Shown: one piece after another, positions 9,561-19,258 of the stretch
How the letters are laid out: each line of letters begins with the position of its first letter
Position numbering within the stretch: position 1 is the stretch's first letter
Source: an uncultured delta proteobacterium
GTDB taxonomy: Bacteria; Desulfobacterota; Syntrophobacteria; Syntrophobacterales; Syntrophobacteraceae
Assembly: GCA_963781715.1 (NCBI GenBank)
Contig: CAWAGW010000022.1
Coordinates: forward strand, 50,095 to 114,094
Reading direction: 5' to 3'
DNA length: 64,000 nt
Position numbers and translations under genes: made by a program
The notes under the pieces: model-generated
What the model was told of the DNA's origin: nothing
Database searches by the model: none
Seen by the model: only the letters and a program-made list of their open reading frames with translations

Positions 9561-10885
9561 CGGTGCTGTTCCCCTCTTTGTCTTCCGCGAAAAATGAGAC
9601 GAATGGGAGTCTTGGTCAAACCAAACGCATCTCTAAACTGGTTGGTAAGGTAGCGTTCATATGAAAAATGAATAGATTCCGGACGGTTGCAAAATAGAAC
9701 AAAAGTAGGTGGCCTTACTGAAGCCTGCGTAGCATAAAAGAACTTGAGTTGCCTTCCTGCAACCAGAGGCGGTTCGTGGCGTTGCAGTGCCTGTTCCAGC
9801 GCGCGGTTGACCTGCCCTGTGGTAATGCGTTCATTGTATTGCTGAAAAACCTCGTAAACGGTCGGAATAACTCTAGCCACGCGTTTTCCCGTCAGTGCCG
9901 ACAGAGTCAGGATGGGCGCAAACGGTAAGAACTTAAACCGCTCGCGGGCTCCCTCCATAAACAGCTTGGTTCGCCTGGAATCTTTGTCGATCGCATCCCA
10001 CTTGTTGATTCCAATCACACAAGCTCGTGAGCGTTCCTGAACGTATCCAGCAACGTGCAGATCCTGGTCGGTAATTCCTTCGCCGGCGTCCACCATAAGG
10101 ACTGCCACATGGCAGCGATCTATGCTCTGCAGTGCTTTAAGAACGCTAATTTTTTCAAGCTTTTCCCTGGTGCGGCCTTTGCGGCGAATTCCAGCTGTAT
10201 CGATGAGCACGTAGCGCTGTCCATCCTTTTCGAATGGAGAATCTATGGCATCTCGAGTGGTGCCCGGAACTGAATCCACAATGACACGAGGCGCCCCCAG
10301 TATTTGATTGGTAAGGGTCGATTTTCCCACGTTCGGCCGACCAACAATGGTGACGCGGATTTCATCGGATTGCTCGCTTTGCACCGTCTCCACTTCGGGA
10401 AGACTTCCGAGCAGTTCGCTCATCAGTTCCCCTATGCCGAATCCATGAGCAGAGCTGATAGGGTGAAGCCGATCAAGTCCGAGCTCATAGAACTCGGCCA
10501 TGTTCTGTGACTGCTCGGGGCCGTCGATTTTATTTACGGCATAATACACGGGCTTGGAAGTGCGTCGCAGGAGATCCACCAGCGCTTTATCTTCGGGATG
10601 CAAACCCGTTTTACCGTCAGCAACGAATAGGATAAGGTCGGCTTCATTAACGGCAAGATGGATCTGTTCTCTTGTTTGTTCGTCAAGATCTTTGAATTCC
10701 TGACTCACAAAACCGGCCGTGTCGATAATGGTGAATGGTTTTCCTTCCCAGTTGACCTGCGCGTAGTTGCGATCCCTGGTAACACCCGGCAGGTCATCTA
10801 CCAATGCCTGCCGCTTGCGGCGGATTCGGTTGAATAATGTCGATTTGCCGACATTGGGTCGACCTACTATAGCTATTAGAGTCAT
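9557..10885 (-). CDS. der: Ribosome biogenesis GTPase Der (EngA)
   Basis: Two GRPNVGKS and DTAG G-domains plus a KH-like C-terminus; start at ATG 10885. Confidence 0.97.
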   Translation of the reverse strand: MTLIAIVGRPNVGKSTLFNRIRRKRQALVDDLPGVTRDRNYAQVNWEGKPFTIIDTAGFVSQEFKDLDEQTREQIHLAVNEADLILFVADGKTGLHPEDKALVDLLRRTSKPVYYAVNKIDGPEQSQNMAEFYELGLDRLHPISSAHGFGIGELMSELLGSLPEVETVQSEQSDEIRVTIVGRPNVGKSTLTNQILGAPRVIVDSVPGTTRDAIDSPFEKDGQRYVLIDTAGIRRKGRTREKLEKISVLKALQSIDRCHVAVLMVDAGEGITDQDLHVAGYVQERSRACVIGINKWDAIDKDSRRTKLFMEGARERFKFLPFAPILTLSALTGKRVARVIPTVYEVFQQYNERITTGQVNRALEQALQRHEPPLVAGRQLKFFYATQASVRPPTFVLFCNRPESIHFSYERYLTNQFRDAFGLTKTPIRLIFRGRQRGEQHR

Positions 10886-11340
10886 TCGATTAACTTTCCA
10901 GCAAATTCCATTAAGATGTTGCCCAATTGGGCAGGTTCTTATCGACCGAGTCCGCCATGTCGGTTGCACCGGAAACCCGCTTCGCGGCTGTCTTTCGCGG
11001 GTCTTGCCGAGAGGACATGCTCCTCTCACATGCAACTGAACACTGTCACCAATTGATTCCCGCCGCTTTTGGACACATTTTCCCAAGCGCCCTTAAAAGA
11101 GCAAGGATATGAGAAATTGTCAACATGGTAGAAGATTGATCCCTTTGAGTCCCAAAAATTCGCGTTGATGGATTCCGGTTTATGTTGCCTTCGGATTATC
11201 CGTTTGTTAATAGACCCCGTGAGAAAAGCTTCAGACTGCAATTTGCTGCAACATCAATGCATTGATATGGTTACGATCTCGATTGGCAGCATAAATCCTG
11301 TTTTACCATCTCCTTAAGAAATCTTGGAGGGTGATAGAGA

Positions 11341-12366
11341 ATGCAAGATAAAAAATACTGGTACTGGACGTTGGTTTACTTTTTCATTTTCGCTCTTGGG
11401 ATATCTCTTGTCTATGAAACAAGTGCCTGGGCACGCGCTGGAGGAGGCAGATCTTTCGGCAGTCGGGGCAGTCGCTCGTTTTCAACACCAAGGATGCCGT
11501 CAAGCCCATCATACAACTCACCTTATGGTTCTAAACCCAGCTACAATACTCCACAATCTTCGACGTCCCCATTTTCAAGCGGCTGGAGTCGCAGTCCATT
11601 CACTCAGGGACTATTGGGTGGATTGGCCGGCGGGTTCCTTGGAAACATGTTGTTTGGAGGCAGAAGCTATGCAACTCCCGGGGGTACTGGAGGTGGGGGT
11701 ATTGGCCTTTTGGATATTTTTCTGATCGGTTTTCTGATCTACCTCCTGATGAAGTTTCTCAGATCGAGACGACCCCGCAGTTCTGCCACTGCCGGCTATT
11801 ACGGTGGTGATGGCCCTTACTTGGACCGCCTTGAAGGAATAACATCCGAAGCCCAGCAGCGCATCGAACCATCTTATGGTGGGATGTACCCCTCTGCTCC
11901 GGCGGGCAATGGAGGCTTAGAGGCTGGTCTTGCCCAGATTCGTCAGTTCGATCCTTCATTCAACGAGGAAGGCTTCAAGGAACTGGTCCAGGATATGTTC
12001 TTCCGAATTCAGGCCGCCTGGATGAACCGCAATGTCAGTGGAATTGAACAAATGATAACGGATGAGATGAGTGAATTCTTCCGCAATGAATTCAGTAGGA
12101 TGCGGCAGCAAGGCAAGATCAACCGACTGGAGAACATTGCCGTGCGCAAGGTGGAACTGGGTGAAATCTGGCAGGAGACAGGCAAAGAGTATATAAGCAT
12201 TTTATTTACAGCCAGCCTCTTGGACTACACCGTGGACGACAAAACCGGCCAGGTGGTGGAAGGTGATCGTCTCAATCCCGTCAAGTTTGAAGAATTCTGG
12301 ACTTTTTGCAGAGAGGTCGGTTCGGGGTCGGGATGGCGTTTATCGGCCATCCAGCAGAGCACATAG
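11341..12366 (+). CDS. Tim44 domain-containing protein
   Basis: ARAGGGRSFGSRGSRS signal, Gly-rich TM region, FFRIQAAW..FEEFWTF. Confidence 0.9.
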   Translation: MQDKKYWYWTLVYFFIFALGISLVYETSAWARAGGGRSFGSRGSRSFSTPRMPSSPSYNSPYGSKPSYNTPQSSTSPFSSGWSRSPFTQGLLGGLAGGFLGNMLFGGRSYATPGGTGGGGIGLLDIFLIGFLIYLLMKFLRSRRPRSSATAGYYGGDGPYLDRLEGITSEAQQRIEPSYGGMYPSAPAGNGGLEAGLAQIRQFDPSFNEEGFKELVQDMFFRIQAAWMNRNVSGIEQMITDEMSEFFRNEFSRMRQQGKINRLENIAVRKVELGEIWQETGKEYISILFTASLLDYTVDDKTGQVVEGDRLNPVKFEEFWTFCREVGSGSGWRLSAIQQST

Positions 12367-13026
12367 CTTTCGGCAAGTATCTGCCAGCCTGGATTGATCA
12401 AGGAGGGCCGAAAAATCTTGGTCCTCCATCAAATTCTGGCATTCTTCTTCGGCGAATAACCGGCAAGGGAGTGGACGCCATTCATGAATCGAGCAAACAC
12501 TCAAGCCCTTACCGTTTAATTCCCAAAGGAAAGCGCAAAACCTGTGATTGGCTCCCAAACCGGTGCCGAAAAGCTTCCGCCAGGCGAAAGGAAATTGCGA
12601 TTTTTCAGGAAAATCCGCCAATCCGCTTGCAATTTCACAGCAGCCGCCACAATGAGTGCAATAAGCTGAATTTTCCTGCGGTTTCTGCATTGAAGCAGAA
12701 AGATCTGCATCAGGTTGTGGCAGTTTGGCCTCCAAACTGAGCCATTCCTTTATCTCACAAAAAATGTAGCACCTCTCCCGCAGCATTCTCAGTAAAGCTG
12801 ATCTCCTCTCATGCAAAAACATTCGCTGCCAGTGGACTTCTGCCTCTAGAACCATCACATTGCGAATCAAAAATGTTAACGGAAACATTGGGTCGTTTAG
12901 AGCTGTCCTGATAATAGCTTTAGTGGCGTCAGATTGCGCCGAAGAGGCATTAACGAGCACGCTCCGCATTTTTTCCATTTCTACAACTAGTATCGCTTGT
13001 GGTTTCATTTCCATCCGACCAAACAC
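12340..13026 (-). CDS. YkgJ-family CxxCxxCC cysteine-cluster protein
   Basis: CTHCGGCC, CAFL, CSIHEWRPLPCRLF; exact start uncertain. Confidence 0.8.
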   Translation of the reverse strand: MFGRMEMKPQAILVVEMEKMRSVLVNASSAQSDATKAIIRTALNDPMFPLTFLIRNVMVLEAEVHWQRMFLHERRSALLRMLRERCYIFCEIKEWLSLEAKLPQPDADLSASMQKPQENSAYCTHCGGCCEIASGLADFPEKSQFPFAWRKLFGTGLGANHRFCAFLWELNGKGLSVCSIHEWRPLPCRLFAEEECQNLMEDQDFSALLDQSRLADTCRKLCALLDGR

Positions 13027-13111
13027 CGTTCTAGTGGTCCCTTGTTACTCAGATCGACCACATGCTTTGGAGCCGGTTTCGAACGATAATAGTATTCGAT
13101 TGATGACCTCA

Positions 13112-14002
13112 TCAGCAATACCATCCAAGCAACGAAGGGGAATCTGCATCGTGTTCTCGGTAATTAATTTTGGCGCGCTCATGGCTGCCGGTCGCGTAAC
13201 AGTAGCGGCAGTCAAACAAGCAGGAATCGTACATGCCAATGTCCTTGCTGGCGTCACATCCACAGTGCTTCCTTTGATACGGGTCTTTTCGAGTTGCCAG
13301 TTCGACATCAAATAGTTCCGATAGGTAACTGCCATCAATACATTTTCCAGCTTCGATCCGATAGGATGAAAAATCGGATTCCTGGGCACAGCTGAATATT
13401 TCCATTCCACACTGGCGCGCCGTGTCAGCGAGAAACTGAAGCAGTGAGACAATCTCACAGTTGGTCCCATCATGGATCTCCAAACCTTGCTCGGCAAGAT
13501 CGCGCAGCCTCCTGAGAGATTTTCGATAAACCCTAACAAAACTGATGATGCATCTCCTGCTGTAACCCTCAAGAGACCTAGCTATAGTTTCAAAGTTCCA
13601 ACGATGAAAATCAACATTTGTCAGATTGCTGAACACGATGGGATCATAGCGCCATATTAATCTGTCCGCTCCTATGCGGTCACTCAGTTCGCGAAACGTT
13701 CGAATAGAATCCCCAGCATCCGGACTGTTCGCGTCCAGCACTCGCGGGTTGTTCAGTATCGTGAAGTTAAAAATATGGCGGTAGCCGCATCTGTCCAATT
13801 CTGTCAGGAAAGGAAACATCGGACGTGGATTTCGCGTCCAAAATACAATAGCATCGACATCTTGGACGCTCAGGGCTACCCGCGTTATTTGCTTTGTGTT
13901 AAAAGGATTCGGAACATTGCAATACCCGGCACGGATGCGGTTCATAAACCACTTGGCATAAAAAGCCGGGATATCCGTTCGACGGCTGGCACTGATAATC
14001 AC
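13112..14002 (-). CDS. DUF1848 domain protein
   Basis: MIISASRRTDIPAFY, WRYDPI, CGC..DIGMYDSCLFDCRYCYA. Confidence 0.9.
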   Translation of the reverse strand: MIISASRRTDIPAFYAKWFMNRIRAGYCNVPNPFNTKQITRVALSVQDVDAIVFWTRNPRPMFPFLTELDRCGYRHIFNFTILNNPRVLDANSPDAGDSIRTFRELSDRIGADRLIWRYDPIVFSNLTNVDFHRWNFETIARSLEGYSRRCIISFVRVYRKSLRRLRDLAEQGLEIHDGTNCEIVSLLQFLADTARQCGMEIFSCAQESDFSSYRIEAGKCIDGSYLSELFDVELATRKDPYQRKHCGCDASKDIGMYDSCLFDCRYCYATGSHERAKINYREHDADSPSLLGWYC

Positions 14003-14162
14003 AACGATAGTCTCCTAGTTTTCAGCTATCGGAATCTATTTGGCAGATCGGTATTTGCCGGGTAATCTTATCTTTTTAAAGACCATCTTCAAACCAGCCC
14101 TTCATTTGTAGCAAAAGGTATTTAATTACGACACGGATAAGCCATGCTTAGGAGGGAATAGA

Positions 14163-14327
14163 ATGCATTGGGTATTTTACGTTATTGCAGCAGCTGTAAC
14201 CGCCCTCGCCATCTATGTGCAGATGAAAAGGATTGAAAAAGGCACACAGGAGAACGCAGGTTCACAGAATGAAAGTTCACCTCTCGGTGAAGCGATAAAA
14301 AAGAAAAAGCCGCCTAAAAAGAGCTGA
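14163..14327 (+). CDS. Small 54-aa single-TM protein (not in ORF track)
   Basis: AGGAGG RBS; MHWVFYVIAAAVTALAIYVQMKRIEKG..KKKKPPKKS*. Confidence 0.6.
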   Translation: MHWVFYVIAAAVTALAIYVQMKRIEKGTQENAGSQNESSPLGEAIKKKKPPKKS

Positions 14328-14438
14328 CATACGACAGAAACGAGAGCTCCAGTTTGCGTCATTTTTTTGGATGATAGAATTCCTTCTCTGAGCTCTTCCC
14401 AAAAAACTCAATTTCTATTTGTCGCAACCGCAAATAGT

Positions 14439-14468
14439 GCAAAAAGCCCGGCAAACCGGGCTTTTTGT
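14439..14468. terminator. Bidirectional intrinsic terminator
   Basis: caaaaagcccgg-caaa-ccgggctttttg between two convergent small ORFs. Confidence 0.85.
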
Positions 14469-14501
14469 GTTCTAACTGCTTCATTTTACGCTAACGACGT
14501 A

Positions 14502-14669
14502 TTAATAACCTTCGTAAGCATGCAGGTTAATGTTTGCCTCGTCGTCAATGCAGCGCTTCGTCAACTCCGTTCTTGAAGCTTTACCTTCATAAAATTCGTC
14601 GAGCGGACATAGATAAAGTCTGCCTTTTTCATCTTCTACGTAATGTAGCTCTCTTTCATTTGCCAACAT
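14502..14669 (-). CDS. Small 55-aa acidic two-Cys protein (not in ORF track)
   Basis: GAAGGAG RBS; MLANERELHYVEDEKGRLYLCPLDEFYEGKASRTELTKRCIDDEANINLHAYEGY*; terminator follows. Confidence 0.7.
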   Translation of the reverse strand: MLANERELHYVEDEKGRLYLCPLDEFYEGKASRTELTKRCIDDEANINLHAYEGY

Positions 14670-15019
14670 CGCTTTTGCTCCTTCCTTTCTCCCTACCCGC
14701 TTTCTTAATCTAATGCATCATCTTTCACTGTCAATCAGCTGAAGACCAGCGGAAAAAGCTTGGTGTACAGGTTGCGAAAGCATTAGGGTTGACTGCTATT
14801 TGACGGATTCAAGTGCAATTAACAAAACACGCCCGTCTTAATCCAATAAGAACTGTAACCGTTTATTTACGAGCAATTCATGGTGCAGTGTGGCGACATC
14901 GGTATTTTGAAAACCTAGGCGATTAGGAGCGGATTGTGAGCTTGTTTTCAAATGCGGATGCGTATAAAAGCAGAACGGAACTGCCGTAAGTTAAGAATCT
15001 ATTTTCAGCTATCTGGGGT

Positions 15020-16141
15020 ATGAAAAGGAGAATTAGGTGCGTCATGCCGGATAACTCGGATTTGAAACAACAAGCTTTTTCGCAGAAGATGGTTGATATT
15101 CTGAATCATGGTGCAATCAATCTGGCCATGGCTATAGGATATCGAACCGGACTTTATGATATTTTGGACACCTTTGATACGCCACAGACGATTTCCACTA
15201 TAGCGCAGAGAGCCAGGCTGAATCCACGATATATTCAGGAGTGGCTTGGGGTTATGGTAACGGCGGGTATCATTGAACTCTCAAAAGAAGATGACGGCGA
15301 AAATCGATTTTCCCTGCCAAAAGAGCATGCTGACTTCATTACCCGACGGGCGGGCAATTCTAACATCGGTGTATATACCCAGGAAATTCCCCTCCTCACG
15401 GTTTGTTCGATGGAAGGTGTGTTTCAAGGGTTTCAAACAGGGCGAGGAATTGGCTATCAACATTATCCGAAATTTCAAGCCTTCATGTCCGAGTTGGCCA
15501 ACGCCAAGCACCGGAATATTCTTGTAGATAAATTTTTGCCCTCAGTGGACGAAGGCAAGCTCATTAAACGTCTCGAAGATGGTATTCAAGTGTGCGATCT
15601 GGGCTGTGCCGAAGGGGTGGCCGTGATTCTCATGGCGGAAGCATTTCCCAATAGCCGTTTCGTCGCAATTGACCTCTCGAAAGAAGCCATCCAGGTGGCT
15701 CGCAAGGAGGCTGAGCGTCAGCATTTGGCCAACGTAGAATTTGTCATTTTGGATGCTGCAACTCTCGCAGCAGAAGGAAAATTTAAAGAATGTTTCGACT
15801 ATGTTACTGCATTCGATGCTATCCATGATCAGACCCGGCCATTTGCAGCCTTGCGTGGAGTACATAACATTTTAGCCGAGGAAGGTCTTTTTTCGATGAT
15901 CGATATCGCTGCAAGAACAAATCTTGCGGATAACTTAGATCATCCAATGGGACCTTTTCTTTACACGGTTAGTCTGATGCATTGCATGCCGGTGGGGCTG
16001 GTTGATGGCGGAGCCGGTTTGGGGATGATGTGGGGACGTGAAACAGCAGTAGAAATGCTTAAGCAAGCAGGTTTTGAAGACGTAGAAGTGATCGAGATGT
16101 CCTATGACGCATTCAATTTGCACTTCCTTTGCCGCAAATAA
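15020..16141 (+). CDS. Class I SAM-dependent methyltransferase with N-terminal wHTH (Rv2258c-like)
   Basis: RYIQEWL, VCDLGCAEG, FDAIHD, YTVSLMHCM; start may be ATG 15044. Confidence 0.88.
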   Translation: MKRRIRCVMPDNSDLKQQAFSQKMVDILNHGAINLAMAIGYRTGLYDILDTFDTPQTISTIAQRARLNPRYIQEWLGVMVTAGIIELSKEDDGENRFSLPKEHADFITRRAGNSNIGVYTQEIPLLTVCSMEGVFQGFQTGRGIGYQHYPKFQAFMSELANAKHRNILVDKFLPSVDEGKLIKRLEDGIQVCDLGCAEGVAVILMAEAFPNSRFVAIDLSKEAIQVARKEAERQHLANVEFVILDAATLAAEGKFKECFDYVTAFDAIHDQTRPFAALRGVHNILAEEGLFSMIDIAARTNLADNLDHPMGPFLYTVSLMHCMPVGLVDGGAGLGMMWGRETAVEMLKQAGFEDVEVIEMSYDAFNLHFLCRK

Positions 16142-16151
16142 AATCCATGCT

Positions 16152-16850
16152 TCACACCACCTCCAACGCTTTCTTGTGAAGTTCCGCCTCGGAAGGACGG
16201 ACATAGAGAGGAGTGCTCAGCAAGGGATCATCGCCCTTACCGACCAACAATCGTTGCATCGCCAAATATCCGACATAGGAGGCTCTGATCATATGACAAG
16301 GGGCCGGAGCTTCAACCGCTAGTTCTCCCAGGCTCTCTTGCAGCAAATTCTTGTACAACAGCCAGCCGTCGCCGCAAAATACGGTTTGCTCGGTTATGCG
16401 CCGGGCAAGGTGAGCCGGCTTATCCACCAGATGAGTTCCCTGCAGCAGGTACTGCCCATGGCCGCCGGGCCTGTAGAGAGCAAAATAGACTTCCTTTTTT
16501 CGGGCATCGAGTACCGAGCATACGGGAAGAGAAGAAAAGCTAATACCTGCAGCCAGAGCGTCCAGCGAGCAGATGCCGACATAATCTTTGCCTAAAGACC
16601 AGGCCAGCGTCTTAATGGTACTTAAACCGATTCTTAGCCCAGTAAAGCTTCCCGGGCCGATCGTTACGGCAAATCCATCGGCATCCCTGAGATTCCAACC
16701 AGCTTGCTGCAAAACATCGTTCAGCGACTTGAGCAAACGGCGGTTGTGGGTTTTGGCAGACTGCAGATACCATTCGGCCACGACCTGGTTGTTTTGCAAC
16801 AAAGCCACGCTGCCAGCTGCTGTGGATGTATCGAGTGCTACTATTTTCAT
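16152..16850 (-). CDS. tsaB: tRNA t6A37 biosynthesis protein TsaB
   Basis: ALDTST, GPGSFTGLRIG, DARKKEVY, PLYVRPSEAE. Confidence 0.95.
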   Translation of the reverse strand: MKIVALDTSTAAGSVALLQNNQVVAEWYLQSAKTHNRRLLKSLNDVLQQAGWNLRDADGFAVTIGPGSFTGLRIGLSTIKTLAWSLGKDYVGICSLDALAAGISFSSLPVCSVLDARKKEVYFALYRPGGHGQYLLQGTHLVDKPAHLARRITEQTVFCGDGWLLYKNLLQESLGELAVEAPAPCHMIRASYVGYLAMQRLLVGKGDDPLLSTPLYVRPSEAELHKKALEVV

Positions 16851-16863
16851 AAGGGCGGGCCCG

Positions 16864-17949
16864 TCAGGGTGTCGGACCGGGATGACCAGTGATCAAGCGC
16901 ATGATATCGTTATAGAACACAAAAATCATCAACATGATGAGGAATACCATGCCGATTCGTTGGGCCATTTCTATCTTTTTCATCTCGATGGGCCTTCCCA
17001 GAATGGCCTCAATGAAAAAGAAGAAAAGATGACCGCCGTCCAGAACTGGAATCGGAAGTAAATTCAAAATACCGAGGTTGATGCTGATCAAGGCGGTGAA
17101 ATAGATCAGATTTAAGATGCCTTCCTGTGCCTGCTGACCCGTCATTTGCGCTATAAGTAAAGGACCGCCGAGAGTTTGCAAGGGAACAACCCGTTCGATC
17201 AGCTTGACCACCGTAAGCAGGAAAAGTTTGCTCAGATTCCATGTTTGGGCCAGGCTATAATAACCGGCCATGAGAGGGTTTACCCTCTTGACATTGAATT
17301 TTCCCGAAGCGGTAATACCGATGACGGGGCGTTTGATCGATTCTCCAAAGATATTCTTAATTTCCCGATCTTGCGGTGTCACTGTTACAGTTTTGGTTTC
17401 TTCGTCTCGCTGAATTTCCATCAACAGTGGCTTTTCACCATGTTCCTGAATCATGTTGGAGAGCTGGTCCCACTCTGTGACCGTTTCACCGTTGATTGAG
17501 AGTACTCGATCCCCGGGTTTCAGACCCGCATGGGCTGCTGGTGAGTCAGGATTTACTGAGCCAATTTCGGGGGTAAGCTGTGGAATCCCTGCAAAAGCAT
17601 ACACCATAGCAAAAATGATAACAGCAAAAAGCATGTTGGACGAAGGTCCGGCCAACACAATACCGATTCGTTTCCATACCGATTGCGCCGGAAAACTCCT
17701 CTCTTTGTCTTCTTCAGGAATCTCTTCGTCCGCATCCTCGCCCAGCATTTTAACGTATCCGCCAAGCGGGATCGCGGATATACAGTATTCGGTTCCACCA
17801 CGCGTGACACTGAAAAGCCGAGGGCCAAAACCCAGCGAAAAGCGCAGCACCCTCACTCCAGACCACTTAGCCACAAGGAAGTGGCCGAGTTCGTGAACAA
17901 ATATTAAAATCCCGAGTACTACAACGGTTGCAATGATCGTTGTCAGCAA
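16864..17949 (-). CDS. rseP: RIP metalloprotease RseP
   Basis: HELGH, PDZ domain, NLLPIPVLDGG. Confidence 0.96.
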   Translation of the reverse strand: MLTTIIATVVVLGILIFVHELGHFLVAKWSGVRVLRFSLGFGPRLFSVTRGGTEYCISAIPLGGYVKMLGEDADEEIPEEDKERSFPAQSVWKRIGIVLAGPSSNMLFAVIIFAMVYAFAGIPQLTPEIGSVNPDSPAAHAGLKPGDRVLSINGETVTEWDQLSNMIQEHGEKPLLMEIQRDEETKTVTVTPQDREIKNIFGESIKRPVIGITASGKFNVKRVNPLMAGYYSLAQTWNLSKLFLLTVVKLIERVVPLQTLGGPLLIAQMTGQQAQEGILNLIYFTALISINLGILNLLPIPVLDGGHLFFFFIEAILGRPIEMKKIEMAQRIGMVFLIMLMIFVFYNDIMRLITGHPGPTP

Positions 17950-17959
17950 AATTTTGTCC

Positions 17960-19126
17960 TCACTTGTTGTCGACTAACTGCTCGGCTTCCAATCGAGCCC
18001 ACCTGTCTGTCGCAAGGATAGTGTCTATATTGAGGTTGTCGGAAGTTTCGTGGCGTTTCATCACGGTTTCTATCAGCCAAGCAATATCCAAAAACCCGAT
18101 CTTCTCCTCCAGAAAAGCTTTAACCGCAACCTCGTTAGCCGCATTGAGAACGGCCGGCATAGTGGCCCCTTGGGCGCACGCTTCATAAGCGAGACGCAAG
18201 CATGGGAATCTACCCGTATCTGGCGGATAGAAAGAAAGTTTTTGCAGATGGAACAGGTCCAATGGTGGATTTTTAACCGGTAATCTTTCAGGATAAGCCA
18301 GAGCATAAGCGATAGGGATCGTCATATCCGGAATCCCCAACTGGGCAATAACTGATCCGTCGATGTATTCGACCATTGAATGCACTATGCTCTCTGGGTG
18401 GATATGCACGTCAATTTGGTCGGTTGGCACACCAAAAAGCCACTGTGCCTCAATAACCTCCAAACCCTTGTTCATTAGCGTGGCGGAATCTATGGTTATT
18501 TTCTGCCCCATGGACCAATTGGGATGCCGCAAGGCTCCCTGGGGGGTCACTTTCGCGAGTTCTTCGCGACTCTTTTGGAAAAATGGCCCTCCCGAAGCTG
18601 TTAACAAAATTCTTCTCAAGCTTCTCCGATGGTTGCCTTGCAGGGACTGAAAAATGGCACTGTGCTCGCTGTCTACGGGAAGGATCTGGATACCGTGTTG
18701 GATGGCCAAGTCCATGACGATTTGCCCGGCAATCACCAACGTTTCTTTATTGGCAAGAGCCAGATGCTTCCCAGCCTTGATGGCGGCAATAGTAGGCAGC
18801 AGTCCGGCCGCTCCCACCATGGAAGAAAGTACCATATCCACTTCCGGAAGAGTCGCTACTTGTTCATACCCTTGGGTGCTACTGACAATTTCCGGCTTCG
18901 GATCACTCGGGCCCAAAGACCGGGCAAGTTCTTCAGCCAACTCCCGGTTAAGCACCGCAACCATGCGAGGCTGAAATGTTCTAATTTGCTCAAGCAGCAG
19001 GGAAATGTTGCGCCCAGCCGCCAAACCCGCTACCCGGAAACGGTCCGGAAACTGCTGAACCACGTTCAGCGTACTCGTACCTATAGAGCCGGTACTACCC
19101 AGGATACTCAGAACTCTTTTTGCCAT
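17960..19126 (-). CDS. dxr: 1-deoxy-D-xylulose-5-phosphate reductoisomerase
   Basis: LGSTGSIG, LANKE, PVDSEH, HPNWSMG, NKGLEVIEA. Confidence 0.97.
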   Translation of the reverse strand: MAKRVLSILGSTGSIGTSTLNVVQQFPDRFRVAGLAAGRNISLLLEQIRTFQPRMVAVLNRELAEELARSLGPSDPKPEIVSSTQGYEQVATLPEVDMVLSSMVGAAGLLPTIAAIKAGKHLALANKETLVIAGQIVMDLAIQHGIQILPVDSEHSAIFQSLQGNHRRSLRRILLTASGGPFFQKSREELAKVTPQGALRHPNWSMGQKITIDSATLMNKGLEVIEAQWLFGVPTDQIDVHIHPESIVHSMVEYIDGSVIAQLGIPDMTIPIAYALAYPERLPVKNPPLDLFHLQKLSFYPPDTGRFPCLRLAYEACAQGATMPAVLNAANEVAVKAFLEEKIGFLDIAWLIETVMKRHETSDNLNIDTILATDRWARLEAEQLVDNK

Positions 19127-19258
19127 AGTGACAACCGTCAATCCGCTCTGCGGTAAATCTCTAAGGGTTACACCAGATGATGTATCCATTCTGCAAATAA
19201 CAGCAGCAAGAGTCTTCCGACGGGAACCAACTCACCTTATGATTATCGACTTTAACCA

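Noticed and set aside
10886-11086. N-terminal extensions in the ORF track (der; also dxr, frr, rpsB, aroF, NUDIX, helicase)
   Set aside because: Artefacts of longest-ORF calling; family-typical starts lie downstream
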